NCBI GenBank assembly: GCA_964437555.1
Contig: CAYTHI010000001.1
Coordinates: forward strand, 35,149 to 99,148
Length of the DNA stretch: 64,000 nucleotides
Source: Candidatus Woesearchaeota archaeon
Lineage (GTDB): Archaea; Nanobdellota; Nanobdellia; Pacearchaeales; GW2011-AR1
Direction of reading: 5' to 3'
The position numbers were made by a program, and so were the translations under genes. Every line of letters begins with the position of its first letter. Position 1 is the stretch's first letter. Under the pieces are notes generated by a model. The model had not been told where the DNA came from and made no database searches. It worked only from the letters and a program-made list of their open reading frames with translations. Shown here one piece after another: positions 1-10,989 of the stretch.

Positions 1-490
1 TGAAATAGAGATAAAACCAGGGCAGGCTGTAAAAGAAGCAAATCAATTAAAATATAAAACTTTAAAGACAAAAATAAAAAAATTATACAGGGGCTCCTAC
101 GAAATACAGGAAATAACGCCCGGAGGAAGCTTGTCAATAGAAACGGAATTAGACATGGCTCTTGGTAAAAAAGACATGCTTTCAGGATGTGTTGTATCAA
201 TCGCAGGCAGTTTAGAGGAAATTACAACAAACATAAAAGTTAAATTCCAATTATTCAAAGAGCTTCCGGGCGTTTCACAGGCAACTATTATTCAGCAAAT
301 CAAGCCTTCTGAAACTTTGATGTTATCTGTAAACACAGCAACAACAGTAGGCGCAGTAAAAAGAATAAGCAAGGATGAAATTGAATTAAACTTAAGAATA
401 CCAATAGTTCCATTTAAAAAAGAAAATGTCGGTATTGCAAGAAACATAAACAATCACTGGAGACTTATTGGATACGGTGAAATCATCTAA
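1..490 (+). CDS. eif2g: translation initiation factor aIF-2 gamma subunit, C-terminal portion (5'-partial; frame open from window start)
   Basis: The frame is open from nt 2 with no stop. 'EIEIKPG' and the C-terminal 'HWRLIGYGEII' match the conserved eIF2-gamma domain II/III ending ('EIEIRPG...SRWRLIGYG'). Confidence 0.72.
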   Translation, partial: EIEIKPGQAVKEANQLKYKTLKTKIKKLYRGSYEIQEITPGGSLSIETELDMALGKKDMLSGCVVSIAGSLEEITTNIKVKFQLFKELPGVSQATIIQQIKPSETLMLSVNTATTVGAVKRISKDEIELNLRIPIVPFKKENVGIARNINNHWRLIGYGEII

Positions 491-785
491 AATGTACCTA
501 ACTCAACAGGAAATTAATAGAATCGCCGCTGGAGTTAGAGCAGTAAAATCTTATACTTCTGAACAAAAAATAGAAGTCTGGGAAAAAGCAATAGAGGTGC
601 ATGGAGATAATTCATTATTAAGAAGAATGCAAAGCAGGGAGTTCAAAATGGCAATTGGGCATAGCACAGATTTTTGCAGAAAAGCCGAAATTCCTTACAC
701 GAGAATGGATGAATATTGGGATTATATCAGGGCAGGTGCTGCTTACGCCAATGATATTGGAGCCAAAAAGAAGATTGCCGCATAA
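468..785 (+). CDS. hypothetical small protein (105 aa)
   Basis: ORF overlaps the aIF2-gamma end by 23 nt. No recognisable motif. Confidence 0.4.
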   Translation: MDTVKSSKMYLTQQEINRIAAGVRAVKSYTSEQKIEVWEKAIEVHGDNSLLRRMQSREFKMAIGHSTDFCRKAEIPYTRMDEYWDYIRAGAAYANDIGAKKKIAA

Positions 786-822
786 TCAAAAGCCTTTTAA
801 TCATCACATCCTAGAAAAATAA

Positions 823-3800
823 ATGATTGATAATCCAATCCAAAAAATAACTGGCCCATGCGTAATCCTCGCAGGCGCAGGAACAGGCAAAACATACACA
901 ATTGTAGAGAAAATAAAATATTTCATTGAAAACAAAACTTACAAGCCAGAAAGGATTGTCTGCATAACTTTCTCAAACGAAGCAGCTAATAACCTTATAT
1001 TAAGAACAGATAAAACCTTGGAGAATGAAGAAAAAAATAAGCCGATAATAAGGACATTTCATGGCTTTTCAGCAGACCTTTTAAGAATATACGGAGATAA
1101 AATAGGAATAAGCAAAGAATTCAAGATTCTTGATACAGACCAGGCAAAAGTTATCCTTCACAGAAATCTAAAAATAAATCCTGTTAATTGCCATAAATAC
1201 ATAAGCACAATAGGAACTGCAAAAGATTTAGGAATAAAACTGGAGGAATTTGAGCAATTCCTAAATGCAAAACTATTAACATATGAAAACATGGACATGG
1301 AAAAGAAACTGGAAAATATGAATTTTGAATTGCAAACATTGCATTTAAGCAAAAACAAAACAGACAAAAAAATTCTCGTCAATGAAATAAAAAAGCTAAG
1401 AAGAATAATTGAGCTAAGAAAATTCGTAAATGCATGGAGAGCTTATGAAAAGCTGAAAAGCAAAGGAAATTACCAGGACTATTCAGACTTAAACAAAAAT
1501 GCTCTCTGTTTGCTGGAAAAAAACCCAGAAATATCGAATGATTTTGATTATGTAATTGTAGACGAGTTTCAAGATACAAATAAGCTTCAGCTAGACTTCC
1601 TGATAAAGCTGGCATCTCATAATAATATAACAGTTGTGGGAGACATGAATCAGAGTATTTACAGATTTAGAGGAGCGTACAAGGAAAATCTCAATCTTTT
1701 CAAACAAGCTTTTGATGTAAAACAAGGCGACATCTTTAACTTATCAAAGTCCCATCGCTCGCCAAATAAGGTATTAAAAACAGCCCATAAATTAATACTA
1801 AACAACTATCAAAATCCTGCTGAATGTTTTTTTGTTGACAACATTTACAATAGAGAAGGCAATAAAGTTGAAGTCTACGAATTAAGCAATGCAAGGGAAG
1901 AAGCAAGAAAAGTCATAGAAATTATCCGGGAAGAAACAAAAAATGGCTGCCCGATAGAAGAAATATGCGTCATGTTCAGAACCCATCAGCAGGGAAGAAT
2001 AATAAAAAGATTTCTGGAGCAGGAAAAAATACCCTATTACGCTGTCTCAAAGTCCTCATTACTAAAGCAAAAGTCAGTCAAAACAATTCATTCTTATCTA
2101 AGTATAATAAACAAGCTAAAAAATAAAGAAAAAGGCGGCGAGGATTCTTGGTGGGGTCTTATTTACAACAGCAATTTCTCAAAAGATGATTTGATAAAAA
2201 TCGGAAAAGAAATAAAGAATTTCTCAAAAAGACACAATGGTAATGAAAGAGAAAGTATAGGAAGTCAGAACAAAGAAAACCAAAGCAAATCAAATTCAGA
2301 CAATAGCTCTAGCTATCCTAATCATCCAATGCCTTACCTTTCAACATATCTTTTAGAAAGTCTTGAAAAACTCCAGCTTTCAGGAGAGGGAAATCTCGGA
2401 GTAAAAATAATAATTGAGAAAATAAAAAAAATGATGGAATTCTCGCAAAAAGGAATATCAGAGCTTGTTAAAGAAGCATGCAGAATATCCGGCTTCATAA
2501 ACGAGCAGAGAACAAAAGAAGAAAAAGAAATAATGCTCAATTTAAACAAATTTTATGAGATAGCTAAGATGCATGAGGATTTCTATGATTCCGACTTATC
2601 CAATTTCCTTTATTATTTAGAAACGTTAGAAACTTTAGAGATAGAGATAGAAGCGTCAAGAATTGAGGAGCCAGGCGTAAGACTAATGACTTCTCACGCC
2701 ACAAAAGGCCTTGAATACAATAAAGTTATAATAACTAATCTGGCACATGGAAGATTTCCTATTGAAAAATATGCTAGCACTAATTTAATACCAACAGAAT
2801 TATTGCCTGAAGTAAAAAATGAAATCGCGGGATTAGACGATGAGCAAAAAGACAATTTTATTCTTTATTATGAAAAATACAATCAGCTTTTAGAAGAAAG
2901 GCGTCTTGCCTATGTTTCTTTCACGAGGGCAAAAGAAAATCTTTTTTTGACATATGCCCGAGAATATGCAGGGAAAAAACTACTGCCTTCCCAATTTCTC
3001 AATGAAATATCTTACAAAAATAATCCTGACATTGCCTTCATTATAGATTTAGAAACAAAATATTCAGAGCCCAAAGCTGAAATAAAGCCGGCATACGGCT
3101 TGCATCAGTTTTTAGATGCAAAAACTCTTGAAACAATCGAATTAAATCAGCCTAATGAGTTAAATAAAGAAAAAGAAGAGCACAAAAGATTCTCCCCTTC
3201 CGCTTTATTGCTATTTGATGAATGCCAGAAGCAGTTTGAATACAAATATGTGTTTAACATGCCTGAAAGAAAAGCTGTTTCATGGGAAGCAATGAGATTA
3301 GGGAGTTTTGTTCATATCGTTCTTGAGCAAGGAGTTAAACAGGCATTCAAGAAAATAGATGACTTCCTTGCTCTTGCAAAAGAAATGTCAATGGATGAAG
3401 ACTGGGAAAGCATTAATCTAAATGAAGCTGAAACCCTCCTGCGAGTTTTTTTTGAAAGAAATAAAGGAAAATACAATGAGGAGAGTGAGACAGAACAATA
3501 TCTTAATCTAAATTTATCAGGAATGAATTTCATAGGCTTCGCAGACAGAATTGACTTTGATGAAGGCGGAAGTGCATCAATAATTGATTACAAAACAGGC
3601 AAAAGCACTATTGCTGTAAAAGACAGGAACTGGCAGCTCGGCTTTTATGCGCTTGCTGCAAAAGAAAAATACAATTCTGTTAAGTGTGTTGTCCTAGACA
3701 TGCTAAAGCAGGACAAGCCGATTGAATTTGATATTGATGAGCAGGGAAATGCGATATGCAAAAGCTCTGACAGGATAGACGGATTTAATATTTATGATGT

Positions 3801-3918
3801 CAGATCAGAACTTATTGAAACAGGAAAGGCAATCCTGCAAGCTTACAAGCAGGGATTTAAGCCCTGTTCCCCTGAAAAAAATTGCGATTTTTGCAATGAA
3901 TTTGTTTGGAAAATATAA
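823..3918 (+). CDS. UvrD/PcrA-family SF1 helicase fused to a C-terminal RecB/Cas4-like PD-(D/E)XK nuclease domain with a Cys cluster
   Basis: Walker A 'AGAGTGKTY' and helicase motif II 'VIVDEFQDTN' are present. The C-terminal region carries 'IIDYKTGK' and the Cys motifs 'FDECQ...' and 'CSPEKNCDFCNEF', typical of Fe-S RecB-family nucleases. There is a low-complexity Ser/Asn insert. Confidence 0.75.
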   Translation: MIDNPIQKITGPCVILAGAGTGKTYTIVEKIKYFIENKTYKPERIVCITFSNEAANNLILRTDKTLENEEKNKPIIRTFHGFSADLLRIYGDKIGISKEFKILDTDQAKVILHRNLKINPVNCHKYISTIGTAKDLGIKLEEFEQFLNAKLLTYENMDMEKKLENMNFELQTLHLSKNKTDKKILVNEIKKLRRIIELRKFVNAWRAYEKLKSKGNYQDYSDLNKNALCLLEKNPEISNDFDYVIVDEFQDTNKLQLDFLIKLASHNNITVVGDMNQSIYRFRGAYKENLNLFKQAFDVKQGDIFNLSKSHRSPNKVLKTAHKLILNNYQNPAECFFVDNIYNREGNKVEVYELSNAREEARKVIEIIREETKNGCPIEEICVMFRTHQQGRIIKRFLEQEKIPYYAVSKSSLLKQKSVKTIHSYLSIINKLKNKEKGGEDSWWGLIYNSNFSKDDLIKIGKEIKNFSKRHNGNERESIGSQNKENQSKSNSDNSSSYPNHPMPYLSTYLLESLEKLQLSGEGNLGVKIIIEKIKKMMEFSQKGISELVKEACRISGFINEQRTKEEKEIMLNLNKFYEIAKMHEDFYDSDLSNFLYYLETLETLEIEIEASRIEEPGVRLMTSHATKGLEYNKVIITNLAHGRFPIEKYASTNLIPTELLPEVKNEIAGLDDEQKDNFILYYEKYNQLLEERRLAYVSFTRAKENLFLTYAREYAGKKLLPSQFLNEISYKNNPDIAFIIDLETKYSEPKAEIKPAYGLHQFLDAKTLETIELNQPNELNKEKEEHKRFSPSALLLFDECQKQFEYKYVFNMPERKAVSWEAMRLGSFVHIVLEQGVKQAFKKIDDFLALAKEMSMDEDWESINLNEAETLLRVFFERNKGKYNEESETEQYLNLNLSGMNFIGFADRIDFDEGGSASIIDYKTGKSTIAVKDRNWQLGFYALAAKEKYNSVKCVVLDMLKQDKPIEFDIDEQGNAICKSSDRIDGFNIYDVRSELIETGKAILQAYKQGFKPCSPEKNCDFCNEFVWKI

Positions 3919-3988
3919 AGTGCAACCTATATAACTTTTTATAGTAAACAGACTAAAAATTTATTAACTCAATTGGCTATTCTATACC

Positions 3989-4399
3989 ATGTCTTATGTC
4001 GCTCAACTTTGTCAAGAACGAGGATATCGCCCAGCGCATGATCTTAACCACGTAATGCCAAAAGAAAGAATTAATCGTGTTGCTAAGGGTATTATGCTGC
4101 CCGATTTGAATTCATTCGCAAGAGTTTTTATGCGTGAAGATTCCTCGGGAGGCATACGCATTGTCTACGATAGCAATCATGGCTTGAAGTTTTTCTATTT
4201 TCAGGATGATGCCGCAATTGCCCAAGCCGATAAGCTTACTCGTCGGAGAACAGATATGAGTTTTGAAGAAGAATTTCCAACACCAAAAGAAAAAAGAAGT
4301 TGGGTTATAGGGTATTTAAATTTAGAAGTACTAGAACCAGTTCATAGGAATGAGCGGGCACTTAGAGAATTACTGGATGAAAAAGTGAGGGCCGCATAA
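3989..4399 (+). CDS. hypothetical protein; locally GC-richer (~45%) than neighbours
   Basis: 136-aa ORF rich in Arg/Ala/Gly, with atypical composition for this genome. A TATA-like 'cctatataac' lies upstream. Confidence 0.45.
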   Translation: MSYVAQLCQERGYRPAHDLNHVMPKERINRVAKGIMLPDLNSFARVFMREDSSGGIRIVYDSNHGLKFFYFQDDAAIAQADKLTRRRTDMSFEEEFPTPKEKRSWVIGYLNLEVLEPVHRNERALRELLDEKVRAA

Positions 4400-4618
4400 A
4401 GTTGCATTCCTTAATCCCTTTGTTCTGAATATGAAAGTTTCAATCAAAGCGTCCCCTTCCTCTTCCCCTCGCCCCGCAATCCCGAGAAAAGAGGCATAGA
4501 AAGATTTATAAGAAAAGGGCAGCTAATTAAAATAGCAGTTTTACTACTGTGAGTATGATCCCCGGTGATCGCAAGGTTGCCGGATGATTTAACTTTTTGA
4601 TAATATTGGAGATTTCTC

Positions 4619-5215
4619 ATGACAGAAGATACCTTAATTTTTGTTGATGACGGTTTCTTTGGCTTGGTTAAAAAAAGTTTTCAGAAAAAAGACGGCAAGC
4701 CAAAAAAATATCTGCAAACTTTCAGAAATATTTGTGAAAAGGAGAATCTTAATATGAAACATCTTTTTATTTATACTGCCCCTCCTTATCAAAGCCCAAA
4801 ACCTACGGAGAAAGAAGGTTTTTTAATGAGTAGATATCAAAGCATGACAAAAATGCTAAGAAAGAAAAAATGGATTACTTTAAGAGAGGGAAGATGCCAA
4901 AAGATAGTTGATAAGCAGGGAAAAGAAAAGTTTTCTCAGAAAGGAATTGATGCATTAATTATCTTGGATATGTATGACATTAGGGAAAATTATCCAAACA
5001 TAAAGAAGATAATATTAATTGCCTCTGATTCTGATTTTGTGCCTGTTATTGAAAGAATGAAAGAAAAAGGTTTTGAGATTATCATTTATACTTATTTTGA
5101 TAGAAAAAGGCACTCTCAATTTTCAACATCTAATCATCTCTTGAAAGTTGCTTCAAGATGGGTAAAATTAAATGAGTCTCATTTTGAAGACGCAAAATTA
5201 ACAGAAATTTTATAG
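4619..5215 (+). CDS. NYN-domain (LabA-like, PIN-like) putative ribonuclease
   Basis: 'IFVDDGFF', 'IILDMYD' and '[17 protein letters not shown]' match NYN/LabA acidic motifs. Confidence 0.6.
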   Translation: MTEDTLIFVDDGFFGLVKKSFQKKDGKPKKYLQTFRNICEKENLNMKHLFIYTAPPYQSPKPTEKEGFLMSRYQSMTKMLRKKKWITLREGRCQKIVDKQGKEKFSQKGIDALIILDMYDIRENYPNIKKIILIASDSDFVPVIERMKEKGFEIIIYTYFDRKRHSQFSTSNHLLKVASRWVKLNESHFEDAKLTEIL

Positions 5216-7744
5216 CGCGATTTTCGCCTCACCGCTAACGCCTTCAGGCACCGGCACTTTCACAGAAGCGGCAACTCTATCTCCTTCTTTCAAACGCACG
5301 ACGTGCACGCCCTGCGTGGCTCGTCCCATTACACGCAAATCTTTCATATTAACACGCAAAACCATTCCTTTTGTTGTTGTCACAATAACAGAATCTTTGT
5401 CATTAACTGAAAGAGAGGCAACAACTTTTCCTGTCTTGTCAGAAACACTCAAATTAATAACGCCCTTAGCTCCACGGGCTGTCTTCCTGTATTCTTCCAA
5501 TGATGAGCGCTTACCAAATCCTTTTTCAGTAATTGTTAATATTGTTGTTTTTCCGTCCTTTGGCATGCTTTCCATTGAAACAACTTCGTCATTCTTTCCT
5601 AATTCAGCTCCTTTAACTCCGTAGCTTGCTCGTCCCATAGACCTTACTTCATCTGTATTAAATCGTATTGCCTGTCCTTTAGCAGTGCATAACATTATTT
5701 CCTGTGCATCTTCAACTCTTCTGACATCAATTACAATATCGCTCCCATCAACAGGAAGATTAATTATTCTCACTCCTGTATTTCTTGGATTTGAAACATC
5801 TTTCAAAGGCAGTTTTTTTACAACTCCAAGTTTAGTCGCGAACATCAAATATCCTTCATTGAAATCTCGCAGAGCCATTACATTTGCTATGTTCTCATCT
5901 CTTAAGCTAAGAAGATTAACAAGTGCTTTTCCTTTGCTCTGCCTTTCTGAACTAGGAACATCATTTGCCTTAAGCCAGTACAATCTCCCTCGTGTTGTGA
6001 AAAACAATAAATAATCATGGGTTGAGCACGTGAGAATTTTCTTTACAAAGTCTTCTTCTTTCAAGTCAGCTCCTGTAACTCCAGAGCCCCCTCTTCTTTG
6101 CTCTTTGTAAGCAGAAACATCCATTCTCTTTATGTATCCTGTTTCTGTTAACAACACGACAACATCTTTCTTCTCAATCAAATCTTTTTCAGAAATCTCT
6201 GCAACTCTCTTCAAAACAGTTGTTCTTCTTTCATCCCCATACTGCCTCTTAATCTCCTGCACTTCTTTCTTTATTACAGAAAGTATTTCCTGCTCGCTTG
6301 ATAATATTTTTTTCAATTCGAGAATTGTATCTTTAAGCTCTTTTTCTTCATCTTTTAGCTTATCGCCTTCCAATCTTGTAAGCTGTGATAATCTCATCTC
6401 CAATATTGCTTTCACTTGCCTTGCCGTAAAATTAAACTTTTTAACTAAAGATTCAGAAGCTTCACTGGGACTGGCAGACTTCCTTATTATAGCAACAACA
6501 TTATCTATATCTTTTAATGCGATTAATAATCCGAGAACAATTTCTAATCTTTCTTCAGCTTTCTTAAGCTCAAACTGGCTTCTTTTTCTTACAACCCCTG
6601 CTCTATAACTGACATATTCTGAAACATACTCTTTCAAATTCAAAACTTTCGGCTTTCCCTTGACAAGCGCAAGAATATTAGCATCAAAAGAAGTCTGAAC
6701 ATTAGTTAACTGATACAATTTATTTAAAGTAAATTTGGGGTCAACTTCTTTCTTAAGCTCAATAACAACTCTTACCTGCCCCTTGGCAGACTCGTCTCTT
6801 AAATCAGAAACATCAGGCAGTTTTTTCTCTGTTGCTAATCTGGCTATGTCTTTAACAAGTTCTGCCTTATTAACCATATAAGGAACTTCTGTAATTATAA
6901 TGTAAGGCCTGCCTTTATGCTCTTCTATCTTTGTCCTTGCCCTCATTATTATTTTTCCCTTTCCTGTTCTGTACATGTCCTGTATGCCGCTGCCGCTTGC
7001 AAATCCGCCTGTCGGGAAATCAGGGCCAGTAACAATTTCCATAAGCTGCTCAATTGTGGTTTCCGGCTTGTTAATGTAAGAAATAATTGCTTCTGCTATT
7101 TCTGTTAAATTATGAGGAGGAATATTTGTTGCCATTCCAACTGCAATTCCTGTTGCTCCGTTCAATAATAGATTAGGAAGTTTAGCAGGCAGTGTCTCTG
7201 GCTCTTCAGTTGAATTATCAAAGTTAGGCCTCATCTTTACTGTTTCTTTTTCAATATCTGCCAATAACTCGCCGGCAATCTTGGCCAGCTTTACTTCTGT
7301 ATACCTCATTGCCGCAGCACTATCCGCATCAATTGAACCAAAATTTCCCTGTCCGTGAATCAATGGATACCTCAAAGAAAATTCCTGAGCCATACGAACA
7401 AGAGAATCATAAACAGCAACATCCCCATGAGGATGATATTTTCCTAAAACTTCTCCGACAACTGTTGCTGATTTTCTCGTCGGCTTGCTGCTATCAAGAC
7501 CTATATTATGCATCGCATACAAAATTCTTCTATGAACAGGCTTTAATCCGTCTTCAGCAGCAGGCAATGCTCTCTGGACAATAACAGACATGGCATAATC
7601 AATGTAAGATTTCTCCATCTCTTCAACAATTTCTTTTCCGCTAACGCCCAGCTCGTTTCCTATCTGATTCTTTGTCCTTCTTTCCTTTTCCTGGCTTTCA
7701 ATTTCTTCTTCTATCTTGTCTTCGTCCTGTGTTCTTGGCGTCAT
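5210..7744 (-). CDS. gyrA: DNA gyrase subunit A
   Basis: '[12 protein letters not shown]...[13 protein letters not shown]', '[10 protein letters not shown]' and 'YHPHGD' are GyrA hallmark motifs. Length is 844 aa. Confidence 0.92.
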   Translation of the reverse strand: MTPRTQDEDKIEEEIESQEKERRTKNQIGNELGVSGKEIVEEMEKSYIDYAMSVIVQRALPAAEDGLKPVHRRILYAMHNIGLDSSKPTRKSATVVGEVLGKYHPHGDVAVYDSLVRMAQEFSLRYPLIHGQGNFGSIDADSAAAMRYTEVKLAKIAGELLADIEKETVKMRPNFDNSTEEPETLPAKLPNLLLNGATGIAVGMATNIPPHNLTEIAEAIISYINKPETTIEQLMEIVTGPDFPTGGFASGSGIQDMYRTGKGKIIMRARTKIEEHKGRPYIIITEVPYMVNKAELVKDIARLATEKKLPDVSDLRDESAKGQVRVVIELKKEVDPKFTLNKLYQLTNVQTSFDANILALVKGKPKVLNLKEYVSEYVSYRAGVVRKRSQFELKKAEERLEIVLGLLIALKDIDNVVAIIRKSASPSEASESLVKKFNFTARQVKAILEMRLSQLTRLEGDKLKDEEKELKDTILELKKILSSEQEILSVIKKEVQEIKRQYGDERRTTVLKRVAEISEKDLIEKKDVVVLLTETGYIKRMDVSAYKEQRRGGSGVTGADLKEEDFVKKILTCSTHDYLLFFTTRGRLYWLKANDVPSSERQSKGKALVNLLSLRDENIANVMALRDFNEGYLMFATKLGVVKKLPLKDVSNPRNTGVRIINLPVDGSDIVIDVRRVEDAQEIMLCTAKGQAIRFNTDEVRSMGRASYGVKGAELGKNDEVVSMESMPKDGKTTILTITEKGFGKRSSLEEYRKTARGAKGVINLSVSDKTGKVVASLSVNDKDSVIVTTTKGMVLRVNMKDLRVMGRATQGVHVVRLKEGDRVAASVKVPVPEGVSGEAKIAL

Positions 7745-7941
7745 TTTTTCCTTCCTAATTTGCTACTATTTCTGCCTTTACTTTGCTCTTTACTCTGTCC
7801 TTCCCTGCCGAGAATCGGCTTTTCAGGAAAAATACTTCCTAAATACCCGCAATTCCTGCACATCCAGCTTCCTGTTATTCCGCCAGCAACTAGTTCAACG
7901 TCATTGCTCCCGCAATTCGGGCAAAATTTCTTTGTTATCAT
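7741..7941 (-). CDS. small zinc-ribbon protein (CxxC...CxxC), translationally coupled to gyrA
   Basis: 'CPNCGSN...CRNCGY' four-Cys ribbon. Its stop overlaps the gyrA start (ATGA). Confidence 0.5.
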   Translation of the reverse strand: MITKKFCPNCGSNDVELVAGGITGSWMCRNCGYLGSIFPEKPILGREGQSKEQSKGRNSSKLGRKK

Positions 7942-8246
7942 TTTAAAACTCCATTAATCCAGCCTAAATATTTATGATATCCTGTAAATCTAATTGCAAT
8001 AACTTCTGGCAGTTCATATTTATGATTATCAAGAATAAATCTCCCAAGTTTTTTATAATTATTAGATGAAGTTTTAATATCTAATCTAAACTCATTACTT
8101 GCTTCCAATTTTCCCTTCCAATTATAAAATCCTTTAATACTACTAATCTGCACACATGCTCCTAATCTTGCATTAACTATTTTTTTAGCTAACTCTTCTG
8201 CATCCTTTTTGCTTGCAACTGTTGTGGAAACTATCAAATATGCCAT
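7938..8246 (-). CDS. cutA: divalent-cation tolerance protein CutA1
   Basis: 'MAYLIVSTTVASKKDAEELAKKIVNARLGACVQI...YELPEVIAI' is typical CutA. The start is placed at an internal Met to avoid overlap with the gyrB end. Confidence 0.65.
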   Translation of the reverse strand: MAYLIVSTTVASKKDAEELAKKIVNARLGACVQISSIKGFYNWKGKLEASNEFRLDIKTSSNNYKKLGRFILDNHKYELPEVIAIRFTGYHKYLGWINGVLK

Positions 8247-8247
8247 C

Positions 8248-10593
8248 TTACAAATCAACCTCTGCCTCATGGGCTCTTTCCGCAATGAACTGCCTGCGGG
8301 GCTCAACATCATCACCCATTAATCTTGAAAATACAGAATCTGCTTTTACAGCATCTTCAATAAGAACTTTGTTTAACAGGCGATTTTTAGGATTCATTGT
8401 TGTTTCCCACAATTGTTCAGCATTCATTTCTCCAAGTCCCTTAAATCTCTGGACATTAAGGCTTCCGCCCAGCTTATGAAGAAGCGTTTTCAATTCGTCA
8501 TCAGAATAAACATAATGGTCTTTTTTCTTTCTTACTTTATACAATGGAGGAACAGCAATGTAAATATTGCCATTTTCAATCAAAGGCCTCATAAATCTGA
8601 AGAAAAATGTCAGCAATAAGGTTCTGATATGCGCTCCGTCAACATCAGCATCGGTCATAATAATAACCTTGCTGTATCTTATCTTATCAATATCAAATTG
8701 CTCCCCTACTCCTGTTCCTATGGCTGTTATAAGATTTGCAATTTCTTCGCTTGAAAATACTTTTGTCAAATTTGCTTTTTCAACATTCAATATTTTTCCT
8801 TTTAATGGAAGAATTGCCTGATAATCCTTGTTACGCGCTTGTTTTGCGCTATTATGAACAAATACCCCAGATGCCAAAGCAAAATTATGAGTATTGGGAA
8901 CTTCTATGTCATAAACAGCTATCTTTTTATTGAGATTGGTTTTACTTATAATTTTATGATTTCTCATAGGAACAATTGCAATTGTTTTTTCATAGAGGGG
9001 CATTAAAGAATCCTCATTAGTCAAGTATTTAGCTTCTTTATAACTTCCACCCCTTAACATGAAATTGTGGTCAGGGGTGCAAACAATTTCTTCGCCATTA
9101 TCCAAAATTATCTTAATTACTTCCGCACTTTTCTTGGTAATCCTCGGATTTTCTATTCTTTCTATGCCTATGCTTCCATCTTCTTTGATAGTGTAACAAA
9201 AGTTCTGCTTGCCCTGTTTACCTTCTTCTATTAATTCCTCAAAACTAAGATTTCTTCCGTCTGCAAGAGCGACTTTAGTATCGCCTGAAAAACATCCTCC
9301 GGCTGAATCGCCTTCAACAAGATATACTTCTGTTTCCTCGGTCTTATTGCTTGAGCAGTCAGCAAGCTTTCCAGGCAACCCCCCGACAGAAAATGCGTTT
9401 TTTCTTCTTACCAATTCTTTTGCTTTCTTAGCAGCATTTCTTGCCTGCTGCGCTTCCAACGCTTTTGCAACAATTCTTTTCGCAACATTAGGATTTTCTT
9501 CAAAAAATTCAGACATAGAAGACATAGAAGTGCTTTCAACAATTCCTTTTATTTCTGAATTTCCTAATTTTGTTTTTGTCTGCCCTTCAAACTGCGGCTC
9601 AGGAACTTTAACTGAAATAATAGCTGTAAGGCCTTCTCGAACATCATCTCCTGTCAAACTGCCATCCTTCTCTGACTTAAGCATCTTATTCTTTCTTGCA
9701 TAGTCATTTATCGCCCTTGTTAATGCTGCCTTAAAGCCGACAACATGAGTTCCGCCTTCAACAGTATTTATTGTGTTTACAAAACTCAAAACATTTTCCT
9801 GATAACCTGAATTATACTGGACAGCGCACTCAACAGTCACTCCGCTGTCAACTTTGTAATAATAAACCGGCTTTGCATGAATAGCATCTTTGGATTCATT
9901 AACCCATTTAACAAATTCTATCAGTCCGCCTTCATAATGGAAAGTTTCCTTCTTTCCAGAAATTTCATCATTAACAATTATTTTCAATCCTTTGTTAAGA
10001 AAGGCTATTTCTCTAAAACGAGTTTCCAAAACAGAATAATCAAATTTTGTTGTTGAGAATATCTCATCATCAGGCGTGAAAGTTACAATTGTTCCTGTTT
10101 CTTTTTTGTCGCACTCTCCTATAACCTTTACATCGTATAAGGGCTTTCCTATCTTGTATTCCTGCTGGTAGATTTTTCCGTCTCTTTTTACAACAACTTT
10201 CATATGTTTGGACAAAGCAGCAACAACACTTATTCCTACACCATGCAATCCGCCTGAAACAGCATAGCTTCCCTTGTCAAACTTGCCTCCAGCGTGCAAT
10301 TTAGTAACAACAATCTCCAAAGCCGGCTTTTTATACACAGGATGCACGTCAACAGGGATTCCTCTCCCGTTATCTTCAACAGTCACACTCCCATCCTTAT
10401 TTAGAGCGACTTTTATTGTGTCGCACTGCCCTGCCAATGCTTCGTCAACAGAGTTATCAACAACTTCCCATACCAAATGATGGAGCCCCTGCTTGCTCGT
10501 GCTGCCTATATACATAGCCGGTCTCTTCCGGACTGCTTCAAGGCCTTCCAAAACCTTGATATTTTCTGCTGAATAGTTTTTTTGATCTGTCAT
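8248..10593 (-). CDS. gyrB: DNA gyrase subunit B, interrupted by a mini-intein
   Basis: GHKL ATPase motifs ('VVDNSVDEA', 'DNGRGIP', 'GLHGVG'). The Toprim motif 'LVEGDSAGG' is separated from '[26 protein letters not shown]' by a 148-aa insertion. Confidence 0.9.
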   Translation of the reverse strand: MTDQKNYSAENIKVLEGLEAVRKRPAMYIGSTSKQGLHHLVWEVVDNSVDEALAGQCDTIKVALNKDGSVTVEDNGRGIPVDVHPVYKKPALEIVVTKLHAGGKFDKGSYAVSGGLHGVGISVVAALSKHMKVVVKRDGKIYQQEYKIGKPLYDVKVIGECDKKETGTIVTFTPDDEIFSTTKFDYSVLETRFREIAFLNKGLKIIVNDEISGKKETFHYEGGLIEFVKWVNESKDAIHAKPVYYYKVDSGVTVECAVQYNSGYQENVLSFVNTINTVEGGTHVVGFKAALTRAINDYARKNKMLKSEKDGSLTGDDVREGLTAIISVKVPEPQFEGQTKTKLGNSEIKGIVESTSMSSMSEFFEENPNVAKRIVAKALEAQQARNAAKKAKELVRRKNAFSVGGLPGKLADCSSNKTEETEVYLVEGDSAGGCFSGDTKVALADGRNLSFEELIEEGKQGKQNFCYTIKEDGSIGIERIENPRITKKSAEVIKIILDNGEEIVCTPDHNFMLRGGSYKEAKYLTNEDSLMPLYEKTIAIVPMRNHKIISKTNLNKKIAVYDIEVPNTHNFALASGVFVHNSAKQARNKDYQAILPLKGKILNVEKANLTKVFSSEEIANLITAIGTGVGEQFDIDKIRYSKVIIMTDADVDGAHIRTLLLTFFFRFMRPLIENGNIYIAVPPLYKVRKKKDHYVYSDDELKTLLHKLGGSLNVQRFKGLGEMNAEQLWETTMNPKNRLLNKVLIEDAVKADSVFSRLMGDDVEPRRQFIAERAHEAEVDL
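8851..9294 (-). other. mini-intein (no homing-endonuclease domain) inserted in the GyrB Toprim motif (GDSAGG^S)
   Basis: N-terminal block A '[13 protein letters not shown]', block B 'TPDHNF', and a C-terminal '...[15 protein letters not shown]' followed by extein +1 Ser. Removing it restores the canonical GyrB 'EGDSAGGSAKQ' sequence. Confidence 0.8.
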
Positions 10594-10703
10594 CTTAATT
10601 AAAATGAATTAATTCTTATAGAAAAATGAAACTTCCTTTATAAACCTTTATATGCATAAAATGAGTTTTATCGACGATAAAATGAAAATCTGCTATAACA
10701 AGA

Positions 10704-10988
10704 TTACTTTTGAATTTTTGCCGCTTTTTTCACAGCTTTCGGCTTTTCCACATCAGATTTTTCCGCCTGGCTTGCTTTTTCTCTCGCCAAATCAGCTTTC
10801 ACAATGCCTCTCGCTCTTGCCAAATGGAAAGCTTCTGTCCATTTCAGCTTTCTTCTGTCTCTTCCCAGCTTCAAATGGTTTTTTCTGCACTTGCTTGAGC
10901 AGTAATAAACAACAATCCCGTCATTCTTAATAAGAAAAACTCCCTTATAATCTGCTTGTTCCTTTCCGCAAAAGATACACTTTGCCAT
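10704..10988 (-). CDS. rpl24e: 50S ribosomal protein L24e
   Basis: 'CIFCGKE...FLIKNDG...YCSSKCRKN' L24e zinc-ribbon signature. Confidence 0.85.
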   Translation of the reverse strand: MAKCIFCGKEQADYKGVFLIKNDGIVVYYCSSKCRKNHLKLGRDRRKLKWTEAFHLARARGIVKADLAREKASQAEKSDVEKPKAVKKAAKIQK

Positions 10989-10989
10989 T

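Noticed and set aside
5316-7584. Several plus-strand ORFs (5316..5624, 5685..6014, 6132..6608, 6917..7108, 7309..7584) inside gyrA
   Set aside because: Antisense to a strongly supported gyrA CDS. Low-complexity Ser/Leu/Phe-rich products typical of AT-rich reverse frames.
8213-10480. Plus-strand ORFs within gyrB (8213..8479, 8413..8619, 8567..8821, 8736..8933, 9209..9703, 10274..10480)
   Set aside because: Antisense to gyrB and its intein. No motifs.
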